Source of the DNA: an uncultured Gemmatimonadales bacterium
GTDB lineage: Bacteria; Gemmatimonadota; Gemmatimonadetes; Longimicrobiales; Gaopeijiaceae
Direction of reading: 5' to 3'
DNA: 64,000 nt
NCBI GenBank assembly: GCA_963809895.1
Contig: CAWELD010000010.1
Span: 1,024,001 to 1,088,000 of the forward strand
Every line of letters begins with the position of its first letter. Positions within the stretch are counted from its first letter, which is position 1. This document shows, one piece after another, positions 48,208 through 59,252 of this stretch. A program made the position numbers and the translations under genes. The notes beneath the pieces are model-generated. The model saw only the letters and a program-made list of their open reading frames with translations, searched no databases and was not told where the DNA came from.

Positions 48208-49536
48208 TCAGGTGGGCGCGCCCACCACGCCCAGAAGATCCGTCAGGACCCACCACGCACCGACCGCCAGCATGGCCCCGGGGATCACGAATCGGATCCA
48301 CATGCGCAGGAAGTGCGAGAGCCGGCCCGGAGGGTCGCCGCCCAACTGCCCCAGCGCCGTGCCGCGGTCCAACGCCCATCCGAAGGTGACGGCGGCGGTG
48401 AGGGCTCCCAACGTCTGCATGCCGGCGCCGAAGGTCAGGTCCCAAGGCACGAAGACCCGCATGTTGAGCATGGGAGGCACCGCCAGGACGAACACGGCCC
48501 CGGTCATGATCCAGGTGGCCCGGCGACGGGAGAGCTGGAGGTTGTCCACCAGCCCGGCTACCAGCACTTCCAGCGCGGCGATGGCGGACAGGAAGGCCGC
48601 TCCGCCCAGGGCCACGAAGAAGACCAGACCGAACATCCACCCCAGGGGCACGCGGTCGAACACGGAGGGGAGTGTGGCGAAGATCAGGCCCGGTCCGCTT
48701 CCAGGCTCCATGCCCAGCGCGAAGACCGCGGGAAAGATGGCGAAGCCCGCCAGGAGCCCGGCGATGGTGTCGCCGGCCACCGTGCCCAGGGCGGCGGGAC
48801 CCAGCCGCTCGCCGGCGTCGAGATACGAGCCGTAGACCACCATGAAGGTGCCGCCCAGCGCGAGCGAAAAGACCATCTGCCCGAGACCCGCCAGTGCGAC
48901 GCCGGCGGTGAGCTGGCCGGGATCGAAGGCCAGGAGCCAGCGCACGCCGGCTCCGGCGCCGGGAAGCGTGACGGCTCGCAGCACCAGTACCAGGAGCCCG
49001 GCGAAGAGCAGCGGCGTCAGGATCCGGCTGGCCCGCTCGATGCCACGGCGCAGCCCACGGACGAGTACGAGGGCGCACGCCGACAGCACGACGGCGGACC
49101 CGGCCACCTGGAGCAGGAAGGAGCGGGCGTCCAGCCCGCCGTCGGGTGGGAGGATCCAGTCGCCGCGCAGGGGGTGGCCCAACGGGGCGGTCAGCTCCAC
49201 CAGGCCGTACCAGGTCACCCAGCCGATGACGTTGACGTAGTACGCGGTGGCGGCCGTCACCACACAGAAGAAGAACCAGCCGACCCAGCGCCCCGCGGGC
49301 AGCCCGGCCCGCTGGAAAGCTCCCACGGTGCCGCGTCGCGTGGCGCGCCCCAGCGACCACTCGCCCATGAGGGCGGGCACGCCCACCAGCACCGCGGCGC
49401 CGGCGTAGGCCACCACGAAGGCCGCCCCGCCGAAGCGGCCCACCATGTAGGGAAAGCGCCACACGTTCCCCAGCCCCACCGCCACCCCGATCATGCTCAG
49501 CAGCACGCCTACGCGGCTGGCGAAGGTCTCCCTCAC
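48208..49536 (-). CDS. NSS (sodium:neurotransmitter symporter) family transporter
   Basis: GTG overlaps the upstream TGA; ETFASRVG, GVAVGLGNVWRFPY, QMVFSLALG, GPGLIFATLP. Confidence 0.93.
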   Translation of the reverse strand: MRETFASRVGVLLSMIGVAVGLGNVWRFPYMVGRFGGAAFVVAYAGAAVLVGVPALMGEWSLGRATRRGTVGAFQRAGLPAGRWVGWFFFCVVTAATAYYVNVIGWVTWYGLVELTAPLGHPLRGDWILPPDGGLDARSFLLQVAGSAVVLSACALVLVRGLRRGIERASRILTPLLFAGLLVLVLRAVTLPGAGAGVRWLLAFDPGQLTAGVALAGLGQMVFSLALGGTFMVVYGSYLDAGERLGPAALGTVAGDTIAGLLAGFAIFPAVFALGMEPGSGPGLIFATLPSVFDRVPLGWMFGLVFFVALGGAAFLSAIAALEVLVAGLVDNLQLSRRRATWIMTGAVFVLAVPPMLNMRVFVPWDLTFGAGMQTLGALTAAVTFGWALDRGTALGQLGGDPPGRLSHFLRMWIRFVIPGAMLAVGAWWVLTDLLGVVGAPT

Positions 49537-50691
49537 GCGAGCACTCGCGTGAGTGCATCCAGGGCGCGACCGATGTCGTCCAACGAGTTGTAGTAGTGGG
49601 GTGCGAGACGGATGGCGGGCCCGCGCGCCGAGGCGAGGATGCCCCTGGCCCGGAGCGCTTCTTCCACGGCGTGACTGTCCGGCACCCGGAAGGCGACGGT
49701 GGGCGCGCGGGCGTCGGGATCCGCGGGACCCATGAGCTCGAGGCCGCGCTCCAGGCCTTCGGTGACAAGGCGGCGGGCCAGGACACGATTCCAGGCGCCG
49801 ATGGCCTCGAGGCCCAGCTTCCAGGAGTCCCTCGATCCCCGCCCGCGCCACGTAGGCCGGCAGGACGGGCGGCGTGCCGGAGTCCAGACGCCGCGCGGCC
49901 GGTGCCCAGTCCAGCGTATGGGCGTCGAAGGCGAAGGGGTCGGCCCGTCCGAACCAGCCGGTGACCGCCGGCTCGAGCTGCTCCGCCAACCCGCGTCGCA
50001 CGTAGAGGAAGGCGATGCCCGGCGTGCCCATGAGGAACTTGAGGCACCCGGAGGCCAGCATGTCGAGCTCCAGCGCCTTCACGTCGAGGGGTGCGGTGCC
50101 CAGCGACTGATAGGCATCCACGAACAGCAGCGCGCCCGCGTCACGTGCGGCCCGAGCGGCACGGGGCAGGTCCAGGAGCGCCCCGGTCTGGTAATACCCG
50201 TGGGCCGCGCTCAGGAGCAGCACGTCATCGTCCAGCGCCGCCTCCACGGCTCCGGGCGAGACCCGGCCGTTTCGCACGGGAATCCAGCGCAGGGGAGTGC
50301 CCCGCGCTTCTCGCGCCTTCCAGACGTGGGCCACCGTCGGGAACTCAGCTTCGGTGAGCGCCACCGTTCGGCGGCCGCGCGCCCGTGCCAGCGGAGCCAG
50401 GGCCGAGGCCACCGCCGCCGTGGCGTGGGACACCGAGCTGAAGACCGCCACCTCGTCGGGATCGGCTCCGATGAGGCGGGCGAAGGCGGCCCTGGCCCGT
50501 TCCACCTCGTCCATCCAGCCGTCCCAGTCCATGCCGGCGCTGCTCCACGAGTTCAGATAGCGCTCGGCGGCGGCTCGGGCGGCCGTGGTGAGCGGCGCCT
50601 GGGAGCAGGCGTTCAGAGGCACGCCGCGGCGCAGGAACGGGATCTGGCTTCGCAGCTTCTCCAGGTCGTAGCCAGGCTCGGGAGCGGTCAT
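49533..50691 (-). CDS. Class-V PLP aminotransferase (kynureninase/desulfurase-like), split by a +1 indel at about 49819-49820
   Basis: EFPT, VDAYQSLG, GCLKFLMGTPG, GWFG, SGTP; the C-terminal IRLAPHYYN lies in the adjacent frame ending at 49533. Confidence 0.85.
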
Positions 50692-50713
50692 GCGCGGATC
50701 GCCGGCAGGGGGC

Positions 50714-51121
50714 TCAGCCCGTGGGCACCCGGTCCACCGCCACCACCTCGGACCGGTTGATGAAGATGCGGATGTTGTTGCTCGCCGGATCGACGGGGAC
50801 CACGAAGAAGAAGGGCCGGTTCGGTGGAAAGCGGTTCGTCAGTCCCACGATCTCCTCCTGGTCCTTGAACTGCACGCGCACCAGCGTGGACCCGCGGGCC
50901 CTGGGATCTTCCGGATCCAGGGTGCGGGCGTCGTCGCGGGCGGGATCCCCCTCGAGGGACCGGACGAAGAACAGGGCCTTCAGCTCGTCGAGACGGACCT
51001 CGGCAACGGGGCCTTCGGGGGGCCGGACATGGAAGCTGGGGCGACCCGGAGCCACGTCGAGGCTCGTCCCCTTGAGAACGCGGCCGTCGCGGTAGCGGGC
51101 GACGACGAGATTGGCGGGCAT
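50714..51121 (-). CDS. Conserved hypothetical protein (DUF6982-like)
   Basis: AGGAG RBS; VVARYRDGRVLKG, LKALFFVR, V.FKD.E.I.G, FFVVP.DP.SNN.RIF. Confidence 0.7.
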   Translation of the reverse strand: MPANLVVARYRDGRVLKGTSLDVAPGRPSFHVRPPEGPVAEVRLDELKALFFVRSLEGDPARDDARTLDPEDPRARGSTLVRVQFKDQEEIVGLTNRFPPNRPFFFVVPVDPASNNIRIFINRSEVVAVDRVPTG

Positions 51122-51280
51122 GGTCTGGCTCCTGGCTGGAGTCGGCGGGCCATGGCGGTGCGGGGCAGGGCAGAATGCGCCACGGGGGGTGGTCGGACAA
51201 GCCCCGGTGCGCGGGTGCGGCGGCGGCGCCGGCACCCTACAATACCCTTCTCAGCCACACTGCCCCGGGAGGACGATCCC

Positions 51281-54200
51281 ATGTCTCCGTTCACCAACCT
51301 CTCGCTCCGGACCGTGGTCCCCACGGCCCTTCTCGCCCTGACGCTGCCCGCGCCGCGGCCCGCCGCCGCACAGTCCACGGATCGCCTGGAACGTGCCGTG
51401 GCGAACATGGAGTGGCGCAACATCGGGCCCACCATCGTGGGCGGGCGAGTCAGCGACTTCGCCGTCGTCGAGAGTCGCCCGTCGACCTTCTACGTAGGTA
51501 CGGCCACCGGTGGCGTCTGGAAGACCACCAACAACGGCACCGACTTCACGCCGGTCTTCGACGGCCAGTCCACGTCGTCCATCGGCGACGTCACCGTGGC
51601 GCCCGGCAATCCCAACGTGGTGTGGGTGGGCACGGGCGAGCCCCAGAACCGGCAGAGCTCGCCCTGGGGCGACGGTGTCTATCGCTCCACCGACGCGGGC
51701 CGAAGCTGGAAGCACATGGGGTTGGAGGACACGCACCACATCTCCCGCATCCGCATCGATCCCCGGAACCCCGACGTGGTCTACGTCGCCGCGGTGGGCC
51801 ACCTGTGGGGCCCCAACCCGGACCGGGGCGTGTTCAAGACCACCGACGGGGGCGAGACCTGGGAGAAGGTGCTCTTCGTGAACGACAACACGGGTGCCAT
51901 CGACCTGATCATGGATCCCGGCGATCCACAGACGCTGTTCGCCGCCATGTACCAGCGCCAGCGCACCACCTGGGGCTTCAACGGCGGCGGTCCGGGCAGC
52001 GGCATCTACCGCACCACTGATGGCGGCGCGACCTGGGAGGAGTTGCACGAGGGCCTGCCCGAGGGCGACATGGGGCGCATCGGGCTGGACGTCTACCGCG
52101 GTGACGGCAACCTGGTGTTCGCCGTCGTGGAGGCCGACGCCCGGGTGCCCGACCAGGGCTTCGGCGGTGGTGGGGGCGGCGACTCCCAGAGCGGCGTGTA
52201 CCGGTCCACCGACCGGGGCGAGACCTGGGAGCAGGTCAGCACCACGAACAACCGGCCCATGTACTACAGCCAGATCCGCGTGGATCCCAACGATCCCGAG
52301 CGCATCTACCTGGGCGGCTCCAACCTGTACCGGTCATCCGACGGTGGCCACACCTTCACGCCCGACGCCTCCAGCGGCGTGCACTCCGACCATCACGCGC
52401 TCTGGATCGATCCCTCCAACTCCGATCACCTGCTGTTGGGCGGTGACGGCGGGGTCTCGACGTCGTGGGATCGCTCCGACTCCTGGCGTCAGCTGCGCAA
52501 CCTTCCCATCGCGCAGTTCTACGAGGTGGGCGTGGACATGCAGGAGCCCTATCACGTGTGCGGGGGTCTCCAGGACAACGGCTCCTGGTGCGCCCCCAGC
52601 GACACCTGGTCCGATCAGGGCATCCGCACACGGGACTGGTACAACGTGGGCGGGGGTGACGGCTTCTTCACGGTCATGCACGCCGGCGATCCGCGCATCA
52701 TGTTCGCCGAGTCCCAGAACGGAAACATCGCCCGGGTGGACCGGGTGACCGGCGAACAGCAGCGCATGCGCCCCATCGGACGTCCCGAGGCGGGCGAGGG
52801 CGAGCCCGAGCTGCGCTGGAACTGGGACACGCCCGTGCTCCCGTCGGCCACCGATCCCAACACCATCTACATCGGGGCCAACGTGCTCTTCCGCTCCCGC
52901 GACCTGGGGACCACCTGGGAGCAGATCAGCCCCGACCTCACCCGCGACATCGATCGCAGCCAGCTCGAGATCATGGGCGTGAAGGGCACCGAGCCCATGA
53001 TGTCTCCCCACGACGGCACCTCGTCGTACGGGAATCTGACGGCGCTGGCCGAGTCGCCCCTCGACGGACAGGTGCTCTACACGGGGAGCGACGACGGGCT
53101 GGTCCACGTGAGCCGGGACGGCGGTGAGAGCTGGACGGACGTGACGGCGAACGTCCCGGGGCTGCCGGATAAGACGTACGTGACCCGTCTGCTGGCGTCG
53201 CGGTTCGATGCGGGCACCGTGTACGGGGTCTTCGACGGCCACCGCAGCGACGATTTCGCACCCTACGTCTACGTGAGCCGGGACTACGGCGCGTCCTGGC
53301 GGTCCATCGCGGCCGGGCTGCCGGCCACCTCGGTCAACGCCATCGCCCAGCACCCGCGGCGGGCCGACCTGCTCTTCGTGGGCAACGAGGTGGGCATCTG
53401 GTTCTCGGTGGACGATGGCGCCCACTGGGCCTCGCTGCAGACCAACCTGCCCACCGTGCCCGTGGACGACATCCTCATCCACCCGCGCGAGAACGACCTG
53501 GTCATCGGCACCCACGGGCGTGGCATCTGGATCATGGACGACATCGGCCCGCTGGAGCACCTGACGGCCGACGTGGTGGCCTCCGCCGCGCATCTGTTCC
53601 CCGTGCGGCGCGCCACGTCGTACAACCCGTACACGCCGCAGGAGTGGAGTCCGGGGATCTTCCGGCTGCCCAACCCGCCGGCTGGAGCCCGCATCCGCTA
53701 CTTCATGGGTGGGGGCGGGGCCATGGTCACGGACGACGCCGCAGCCTCCGGTCCGTCGGCGTCGACAGCCGCGCCGGCCGACGACGACGAGGTCTCCATC
53801 GAGATCCTGGACAGCGAGGGCCACACCCTGCGGACCCTGGAGGGGTCGTCGTCACCGGGTATCCAGGAGGTGATCTGGGATCTGCGCCTCGAGCCGCCGT
53901 ACACCCCGGAGGCGTCGAACCAGGGCGGCGGAGGTGGCTTCCGCCGGGGAGCCCCGGAAGGCCCCAAGGTCCTGCCCGGCACCTATACCGTGCGGATGAC
54001 GGCGGCGGGCGTCACCGAGGAACAGCCGGTGGAAGTTCGCCTGGACCCGCGGGTCGACATCTCCCGTCAGGACCTGATGGCGCGTCAGGACGCCATGATG
54101 CGCTCCTACGGCCTGGCGGCCACCGCCTACAACGCCGGACAGGCCGTGCAGCGGCTCACGGGCCTGCTGGACGGCGTCGATCGGGTCCTGAGAGCCAGCG

Positions 54201-54514
54201 GCGACGCGCCTCAGGCGCTCCGTGACGACGCCAGCGCGCTGCGCTCCGATCTGGAGGATCTGGGCCAGCGCATCAACGATGCCAGCGACGGAACGCGCGT
54301 GTACGGCCAGATCGAGTCGGTGACGGCTCCTCCCACGGCGGATCAGCTCTGGCAGATCGAGCAGTCGTGGGCGAAGCTCCCGGGCCTGGTCCGGGAGTTG
54401 AACGCGGTGGTCACCACCCGTATGCCGGCTCTGCTGGGCCGCGTGTATCAGAACGGCGTGGTGCCCGACGTCGGGGAGCCCGTGAGCGTCCCGCAGGGCG
54501 GCGGCATGGACTGA
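51281..54514 (+). CDS. Second secreted VPS10/BNR-repeat beta-propeller protein
   Basis: GGAGG RBS; signal peptide; WRNIGP, Asp-box repeats, GGLQDNGSW, RWNWDTP, GTHGRGIW, helical C-terminus. Confidence 0.9.
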   Translation: MSPFTNLSLRTVVPTALLALTLPAPRPAAAQSTDRLERAVANMEWRNIGPTIVGGRVSDFAVVESRPSTFYVGTATGGVWKTTNNGTDFTPVFDGQSTSSIGDVTVAPGNPNVVWVGTGEPQNRQSSPWGDGVYRSTDAGRSWKHMGLEDTHHISRIRIDPRNPDVVYVAAVGHLWGPNPDRGVFKTTDGGETWEKVLFVNDNTGAIDLIMDPGDPQTLFAAMYQRQRTTWGFNGGGPGSGIYRTTDGGATWEELHEGLPEGDMGRIGLDVYRGDGNLVFAVVEADARVPDQGFGGGGGGDSQSGVYRSTDRGETWEQVSTTNNRPMYYSQIRVDPNDPERIYLGGSNLYRSSDGGHTFTPDASSGVHSDHHALWIDPSNSDHLLLGGDGGVSTSWDRSDSWRQLRNLPIAQFYEVGVDMQEPYHVCGGLQDNGSWCAPSDTWSDQGIRTRDWYNVGGGDGFFTVMHAGDPRIMFAESQNGNIARVDRVTGEQQRMRPIGRPEAGEGEPELRWNWDTPVLPSATDPNTIYIGANVLFRSRDLGTTWEQISPDLTRDIDRSQLEIMGVKGTEPMMSPHDGTSSYGNLTALAESPLDGQVLYTGSDDGLVHVSRDGGESWTDVTANVPGLPDKTYVTRLLASRFDAGTVYGVFDGHRSDDFAPYVYVSRDYGASWRSIAAGLPATSVNAIAQHPRRADLLFVGNEVGIWFSVDDGAHWASLQTNLPTVPVDDILIHPRENDLVIGTHGRGIWIMDDIGPLEHLTADVVASAAHLFPVRRATSYNPYTPQEWSPGIFRLPNPPAGARIRYFMGGGGAMVTDDAAASGPSASTAAPADDDEVSIEILDSEGHTLRTLEGSSSPGIQEVIWDLRLEPPYTPEASNQGGGGGFRRGAPEGPKVLPGTYTVRMTAAGVTEEQPVEVRLDPRVDISRQDLMARQDAMMRSYGLAATAYNAGQAVQRLTGLLDGVDRVLRASGDAPQALRDDASALRSDLEDLGQRINDASDGTRVYGQIESVTAPPTADQLWQIEQSWAKLPGLVRELNAVVTTRMPALLGRVYQNGVVPDVGEPVSVPQGGGMD

Positions 54515-54527
54515 CGGGGGCGCCGCT

Positions 54528-54791
54528 TCAGTCCGACGAGTCGACGGGGTCGGGGACCGGCGGGTCCCCGGCCTCGTCTTCTTCCTCCTTCCGCTCCACG
54601 CGCACTTCCTGCACCTGCTCCATGCCGGGCTCGAAGATCGAGTGGAGCTCCAGCGTGTGGTAGATGGGCCCGGTGCGGCTGAGCCCGGTGCGCCGGTAGT
54701 TGATCCAGACCCGCTTTTCCATCCACAGAAGGGCGCGATCCACCAGGAAGAGGACGATAGCGACGGCGGCGATCCACAGGGTCAGGCGCAT
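54528..54791 (-). CDS. Small membrane-anchored hypothetical protein
   Basis: N-terminal TM, DRALLWMEKRVWINYR, acidic tail. Confidence 0.7.
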   Translation of the reverse strand: MRLTLWIAAVAIVLFLVDRALLWMEKRVWINYRRTGLSRTGPIYHTLELHSIFEPGMEQVQEVRVERKEEEDEAGDPPVPDPVDSSD

Positions 54792-55052
54792 GCCCTACCG
54801 TCGGCTCCGGGGGGTCTCGTGGCAAGGATTCTCTTTCCAGGCAACCCTCCGGGCGGGTGTCGCATCCAAGCAAGGTTGTGGCCCCGGCGCCACTGCTTCG
54901 GGGCCTGATTCGATCAGGGTGTACCGAAGTACATCGATACGCCCGGCGATTTGCTCGGCGCGCCGGAACCCGCCACGTGGGACCGCCTGCCCTTGTAGAT
55001 GCCGTGCCGAGCCGTCGCTCGGCGTGGTGTCTCTTTCTGACAGGGGGTAGAC

Positions 55053-56051
55053 GTGATCTCCGTGGAGGGCGTGACCAAGCGATACGGTCCCGTTGTCGCC
55101 GTGGACGGGCTCAGCTTCGAGGTGGACCGAGGCGAGGTGGTGGGGTTCCTGGGGCCCAACGGTGCGGGCAAGACCACCACCATGAAGATGCTCACCGGCA
55201 CCTTGCAGCCCGACCAGGGGCGGGTGCTCTTCGACGGCGAGCCCATCGCCGAGGATCTGACCTCGGCGAAGCGACGGGTCGGCTATCTGCCGGAGTCCAA
55301 CCCGCTCTACGACGAGATGCTGGTCTCCGAGTATCTGGACTACGTGGCCGAGCTGCGGGAGCTCGGCGGCCGCGAGATGCGGAGCGGGCTCCAGGACGCG
55401 GTGGACGAGACCGGAATCCACGATGTCTTCTACCGTCCCATCGGAGAGCTCTCCAAGGGATACCGTCAGCGCATCGGCATGGCCGCGGCCATCCTGCATC
55501 GGCCGGAGGTGCTGATCCTGGACGAGCCCACCGAGGGGCTCGATCCCAATCAGCGAGTGGAGATCCGGCGCCTGGTGGGCGATCTGGGCCGCGAGCGCAC
55601 GGTCCTGCTCAGCACGCACGTCATGCAGGAGGTGGAGGCCACCTGCTCGCGGCTGCTGATCCTGCGCCGGGGCCGGTTGGTGGCCCGAGGCAGCGTCGAG
55701 GACCTGTTGGCCAGCGGAAGTGGCGCGGCGCGCTACGTGGTGGAGGTAGAGGGAGAGGGCGCGACCGCGGCCCTGGCGGGGCTGGACGGTGTCTCGTCGC
55801 ACCACACCGAAGCCGTGGACGGCCGCACGCGTGTCCATCTGGAGACCGGCGGCGACCGGGAGCTGCGTCCGGTCATCTTCGAGCTGGCCCGCGAGCGCGG
55901 ATGGACGCTCTGGGAGCTGCACCGCGAACGCGTCTCGCTGGAGCAGGTGTTCCGCGATCTCACCGGGGATCAGTCGGAGGAATCGGAGCTCGTGGGCGTG
56001 GGGGCCGCAGCGGACGACGGGAGCTCGGCGGGCGAGGAGGTGGTCCGATGA
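55053..56051 (+). CDS. GldA-like ABC ATP-binding protein
   Basis: GPNGAGKTT, GYLPESNPLY, LSKGYRQR, LDEPT. Confidence 0.93.
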   Translation: MISVEGVTKRYGPVVAVDGLSFEVDRGEVVGFLGPNGAGKTTTMKMLTGTLQPDQGRVLFDGEPIAEDLTSAKRRVGYLPESNPLYDEMLVSEYLDYVAELRELGGREMRSGLQDAVDETGIHDVFYRPIGELSKGYRQRIGMAAAILHRPEVLILDEPTEGLDPNQRVEIRRLVGDLGRERTVLLSTHVMQEVEATCSRLLILRRGRLVARGSVEDLLASGSGAARYVVEVEGEGATAALAGLDGVSSHHTEAVDGRTRVHLETGGDRELRPVIFELARERGWTLWELHRERVSLEQVFRDLTGDQSEESELVGVGAAADDGSSAGEEVVR

Positions 56052-58324
56052 TCCGTTCCGTCTGGACCGTGGCTCGCCGGGAGCTGCGGAGCTATTTCGA
56101 CCATCCCACCGCGTACGTGCTGGCGGTGGCGTTCCTGGGGCTGTCGCTCTATCTGGCCTTCCGCAACATGTTCGCCTCGGATGTGGCCACCCTCCGGCCC
56201 CTCTTCGGCCTGTTGCCCATTCTGTTCTCCATCTTCATTCCGGCGGCCACCATGCGGAGTCTCGCCGAGGAGCGGCGGGGCCGCACGCTGGACTGGCTTC
56301 TCTCGCAGCCGGTGAGCGAAGCCGAGGTCGTCCTGGGCAAGTTCCTCGGGGACTGGCTCTTCGTGCTGGTGGCGCTCGCCGGGACGCTCCCCACGGCGCT
56401 GGGCCTGCTCGCGGTGTCCGACGCCGATCCGGGCATCGTGCTGGCGCAGTACGTCGGGGCGTCGCTGCTGGCGGCGCAACTGGTGGCCCTGGGACTGTGG
56501 GCGTCGGCCATGACACGGAACCAGATCACCGCCTTCATCGTGGCGGCGGTCCTGAGCTTCGCCCTCTACCTCATTGGCCTGGACATCGTGCAGATCGGGC
56601 TACCACCGGCCATCTCGGGGGCGCTGGCGAGGCTCAGCGTGGTGGCCCACTTCGAGAATGTGGCCCGAGGCGTGGTCGACCTGCGCGACGTGCTCTATTT
56701 CGTGAGCACAGGCGCCCTCTTCCTCATGCTGGCCACCGGTGCCGTGAGTGGGGCGCGCCTCAGCCGGGAGCGGCCCGAGTTCCGGCGCCTGCGCACCGGG
56801 ACCGCCGTGGCGGCGGCGCTGGTGCTGGTGGTGAACCTGCTGGGGAGTCACGTGCGCGGCCGTCTGGACCTCACCCGTGGCGACCTCTACACACTCGCTC
56901 CGGGCACGAAGCACCTCCTGGGCGGCCTGGACGACATCGTCCAGGTGAAGCTGTTCGCCTCGAAGGAGCTCCCACCCGAGGTGCAGCTCCAGCTTCGCGA
57001 CGTGCGCGACCTGCTCTCGGACATGAAACGGGCCGGCGACGGCAAGCTGGTCGTGACCGAGCTCCACCCCGACGGCGACGAGGATGCCGCGCAGCAGGCC
57101 AGCTCCTACGGCATCCAGCCGGTGGAGTTCAACGTGCTCCGCAACGACGAGTTCCAGGTGCGCCGCGGCTACTACGGGCTGGCCGTGGTCTACGCGGACA
57201 AGCAGAAGGTCTTTCCGGTGATCCGGGGCACCGACGATCTGGAGTACCAGCTGGCGTCGACGGTCGCGTCTCTCACCGCCGACACCAAGCCCGCGGTGGC
57301 GTTCGTGAGCGGGTACGGGGCCAAGAGCCAGTATCAGATCCCCAACCTTCAGGACGCGCTGGCGGACCGCTACACGCTCCGCAGCCTGCAGGTGGGCGAC
57401 TCCGCACCCCCGATTCCCGGGGATTCGGTGCAGGTGGTGGTGCTCGCCGGACCGACGCAGGCGCTGGACAGCGTGGCGGTGGGGCAGCTCGAGCGTTTCA
57501 TCGACGGTGGCGGATCCGCGCTCCTGATGGTGGATCCGGTCCAACTCGACAACCAGTCTCCCACGGCCATTCCGGTGCGCTCCGGGCTGGAGCCGCTCCT
57601 GGAGCGCAGCGGCGTGAAGATGGACGCGGGCATGGTGTACGATCTGGCATCCAACGAGCGCGTCTCGCTGGGGCGGCGGGGGCTCTTCAACGTGGTGAGC
57701 GCCTATCCGTTGTGGCCGGTGGCCGTGCCCGTGGAGGGCCAGCCCCAGACCCGAGGACTGAACGCGCTGGACCTGGGCTGGGCCGGGGCGCTGGAGATCG
57801 AGGACTCGGTCCACGTGGTTCCCCTCTGGCAGACCACGGAGAACGCCGGGCTCAAACCGGCGGGCAGCCCCATCATGCCGGACCAGGACTGGGATGCCCC
57901 CCCTGAAGACCTGTCGGTGAGGACCGTGGCGGTGGCCGTGGATCCCTCGGCCGGGTCCGGGAGTGGCTCCGGCGGCGACGGCACCAGCGACGCCTCGGGT
58001 GGTGGGTTGGACGCTGGAAAGGGGCGCATGGTGATCGTGGCCGACGCCAACTGGGCGGAGCAACAGTTCGTGCAGGCCAATCCCCAGAACCTGGTCTTCC
58101 TGGCCAACGCCATCGATTGGCTCGCCCAGGATGAGTCCCTGATTCGCATCCGCTCCAAGAACCGGACGCCGCCGGCGCTCGTGCTCCAGTCCGATCTGTC
58201 TCGCGGCCTGCTCAAGTGGGGCAACCTGGTGGGGGTCCCGCTGCTGCTCGTCCTGGCGGGCGTGGCCCGGGTCACCGGCCGGAAGCGGAGAGCCATGAAT
58301 CGTTGGAAGGAGGTGGTGGCATGA
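56048..58324 (+). CDS. GldF-GldG-like fusion (ABC-2 permease plus periplasmic ABC_transp_aux domain)
   Basis: ATGA overlap; RRELRSYF, TMRSLAEERR, RNQITAF, GVVDLRDV, then RLDLT..YTL and NAIDWL. Confidence 0.88.
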   Translation: MIRSVWTVARRELRSYFDHPTAYVLAVAFLGLSLYLAFRNMFASDVATLRPLFGLLPILFSIFIPAATMRSLAEERRGRTLDWLLSQPVSEAEVVLGKFLGDWLFVLVALAGTLPTALGLLAVSDADPGIVLAQYVGASLLAAQLVALGLWASAMTRNQITAFIVAAVLSFALYLIGLDIVQIGLPPAISGALARLSVVAHFENVARGVVDLRDVLYFVSTGALFLMLATGAVSGARLSRERPEFRRLRTGTAVAAALVLVVNLLGSHVRGRLDLTRGDLYTLAPGTKHLLGGLDDIVQVKLFASKELPPEVQLQLRDVRDLLSDMKRAGDGKLVVTELHPDGDEDAAQQASSYGIQPVEFNVLRNDEFQVRRGYYGLAVVYADKQKVFPVIRGTDDLEYQLASTVASLTADTKPAVAFVSGYGAKSQYQIPNLQDALADRYTLRSLQVGDSAPPIPGDSVQVVVLAGPTQALDSVAVGQLERFIDGGGSALLMVDPVQLDNQSPTAIPVRSGLEPLLERSGVKMDAGMVYDLASNERVSLGRRGLFNVVSAYPLWPVAVPVEGQPQTRGLNALDLGWAGALEIEDSVHVVPLWQTTENAGLKPAGSPIMPDQDWDAPPEDLSVRTVAVAVDPSAGSGSGSGGDGTSDASGGGLDAGKGRMVIVADANWAEQQFVQANPQNLVFLANAIDWLAQDESLIRIRSKNRTPPALVLQSDLSRGLLKWGNLVGVPLLLVLAGVARVTGRKRRAMNRWKEVVA

Positions 58325-59244
58325 GTCGCAAGACGCTGCGCCTCATGGTGCAGGCGCTGGTGCTCCTGATCGTGGTGTGGGCCGGAGTGACCTTCTTCTC
58401 CAATCGGGAGGCGGCCACCGCGCCGGCCAGCGGTGCCCTGGCCGAGCTGTTCCAGGGCGTGACGCCCGAGACCGTCTCCGCCGTGAAGATCCGGCCCCCC
58501 CGGGGATCCGAGGTGGCGCTGGAGCGCCAGGGCGCGGGTGCCTGGACAGTGAACGGGCTTCCCGCGGATTCCTCCGAGATCGCACGCCTCCTGGACGGCC
58601 TCGAGGGCGCCGCCATCGGCGACCTCGTCGCCACCAATCCGGAGAATCACGCTCGCATGGGCGTCGCTGGGGACAGCGCGTGGCGCGTGGAGCTGGACGT
58701 GGATGGAGCTACGCGGACCGTGCTGCTCGGGAGCGCGGGCAGCCGGTACGGGACCACGTACGTCCGGGCTCCCGGAGAAGACCCGGTATACCTCATGACC
58801 GGGAACGTCCGCTCCCTGCTCACGCGGGGTGCCGACGCCTGGCGCAACAAGCGCGTGGCTGCCGTGGACACGGCTGCGGTGGCCCGCATCGAGGTGGCTG
58901 CGGGTGACGACGCCTACCGGCTCCAACGACAGGACAGCACCTGGACTCTGGAGGGCGGCGGCAAGGCCGATGCGGCCACCGTGCGCTCGCTCCTGGGTGA
59001 GCTGGCCTCGGCGCGGGCGTCGGGATTCGTGGCGCCGGGGGATTCCCTGGCGCAGGTCCCGGCCCGGGACCGCGTGTTGGCGCTGTCCGCGACGGGAGAT
59101 ACGCTGGCCGCTCTGACCGTGGGCGGCGAGGGGGGGGATCGCTGGGTGCGCGCGCGGGGTGACGAAACGCTCTACCGGCTGCAATCGTACCGGGCGGACC
59201 GCCTGGCACCGGCCGAGGATAAGGTGACGGGCTCGGGATCCTGA
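58321..59244 (+). CDS. DUF4340-type membrane-anchored periplasmic protein
   Basis: ATGA overlap; N-terminal TM; two internal repeats (YVR..G..VY, WRNKRV); typical position after gldG. Confidence 0.8.
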   Translation: MSRKTLRLMVQALVLLIVVWAGVTFFSNREAATAPASGALAELFQGVTPETVSAVKIRPPRGSEVALERQGAGAWTVNGLPADSSEIARLLDGLEGAAIGDLVATNPENHARMGVAGDSAWRVELDVDGATRTVLLGSAGSRYGTTYVRAPGEDPVYLMTGNVRSLLTRGADAWRNKRVAAVDTAAVARIEVAAGDDAYRLQRQDSTWTLEGGGKADAATVRSLLGELASARASGFVAPGDSLAQVPARDRVLALSATGDTLAALTVGGEGGDRWVRARGDETLYRLQSYRADRLAPAEDKVTGSGS

Positions 59245-59252
59245 GGTGCCCT

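Noticed and set aside
48208..50691. Apparent 827-aa aminotransferase-NSS transporter fusion
   Set aside because: Caused by the indel at about 49819. The true aminotransferase C-terminus is in another frame and ends in a GTGA overlap with the transporter start.
55053..59244. Gliding motility system
   Set aside because: GldA/F/G-like ABC cassettes are widespread in non-gliding bacteria, and no motor or T9SS genes are present.
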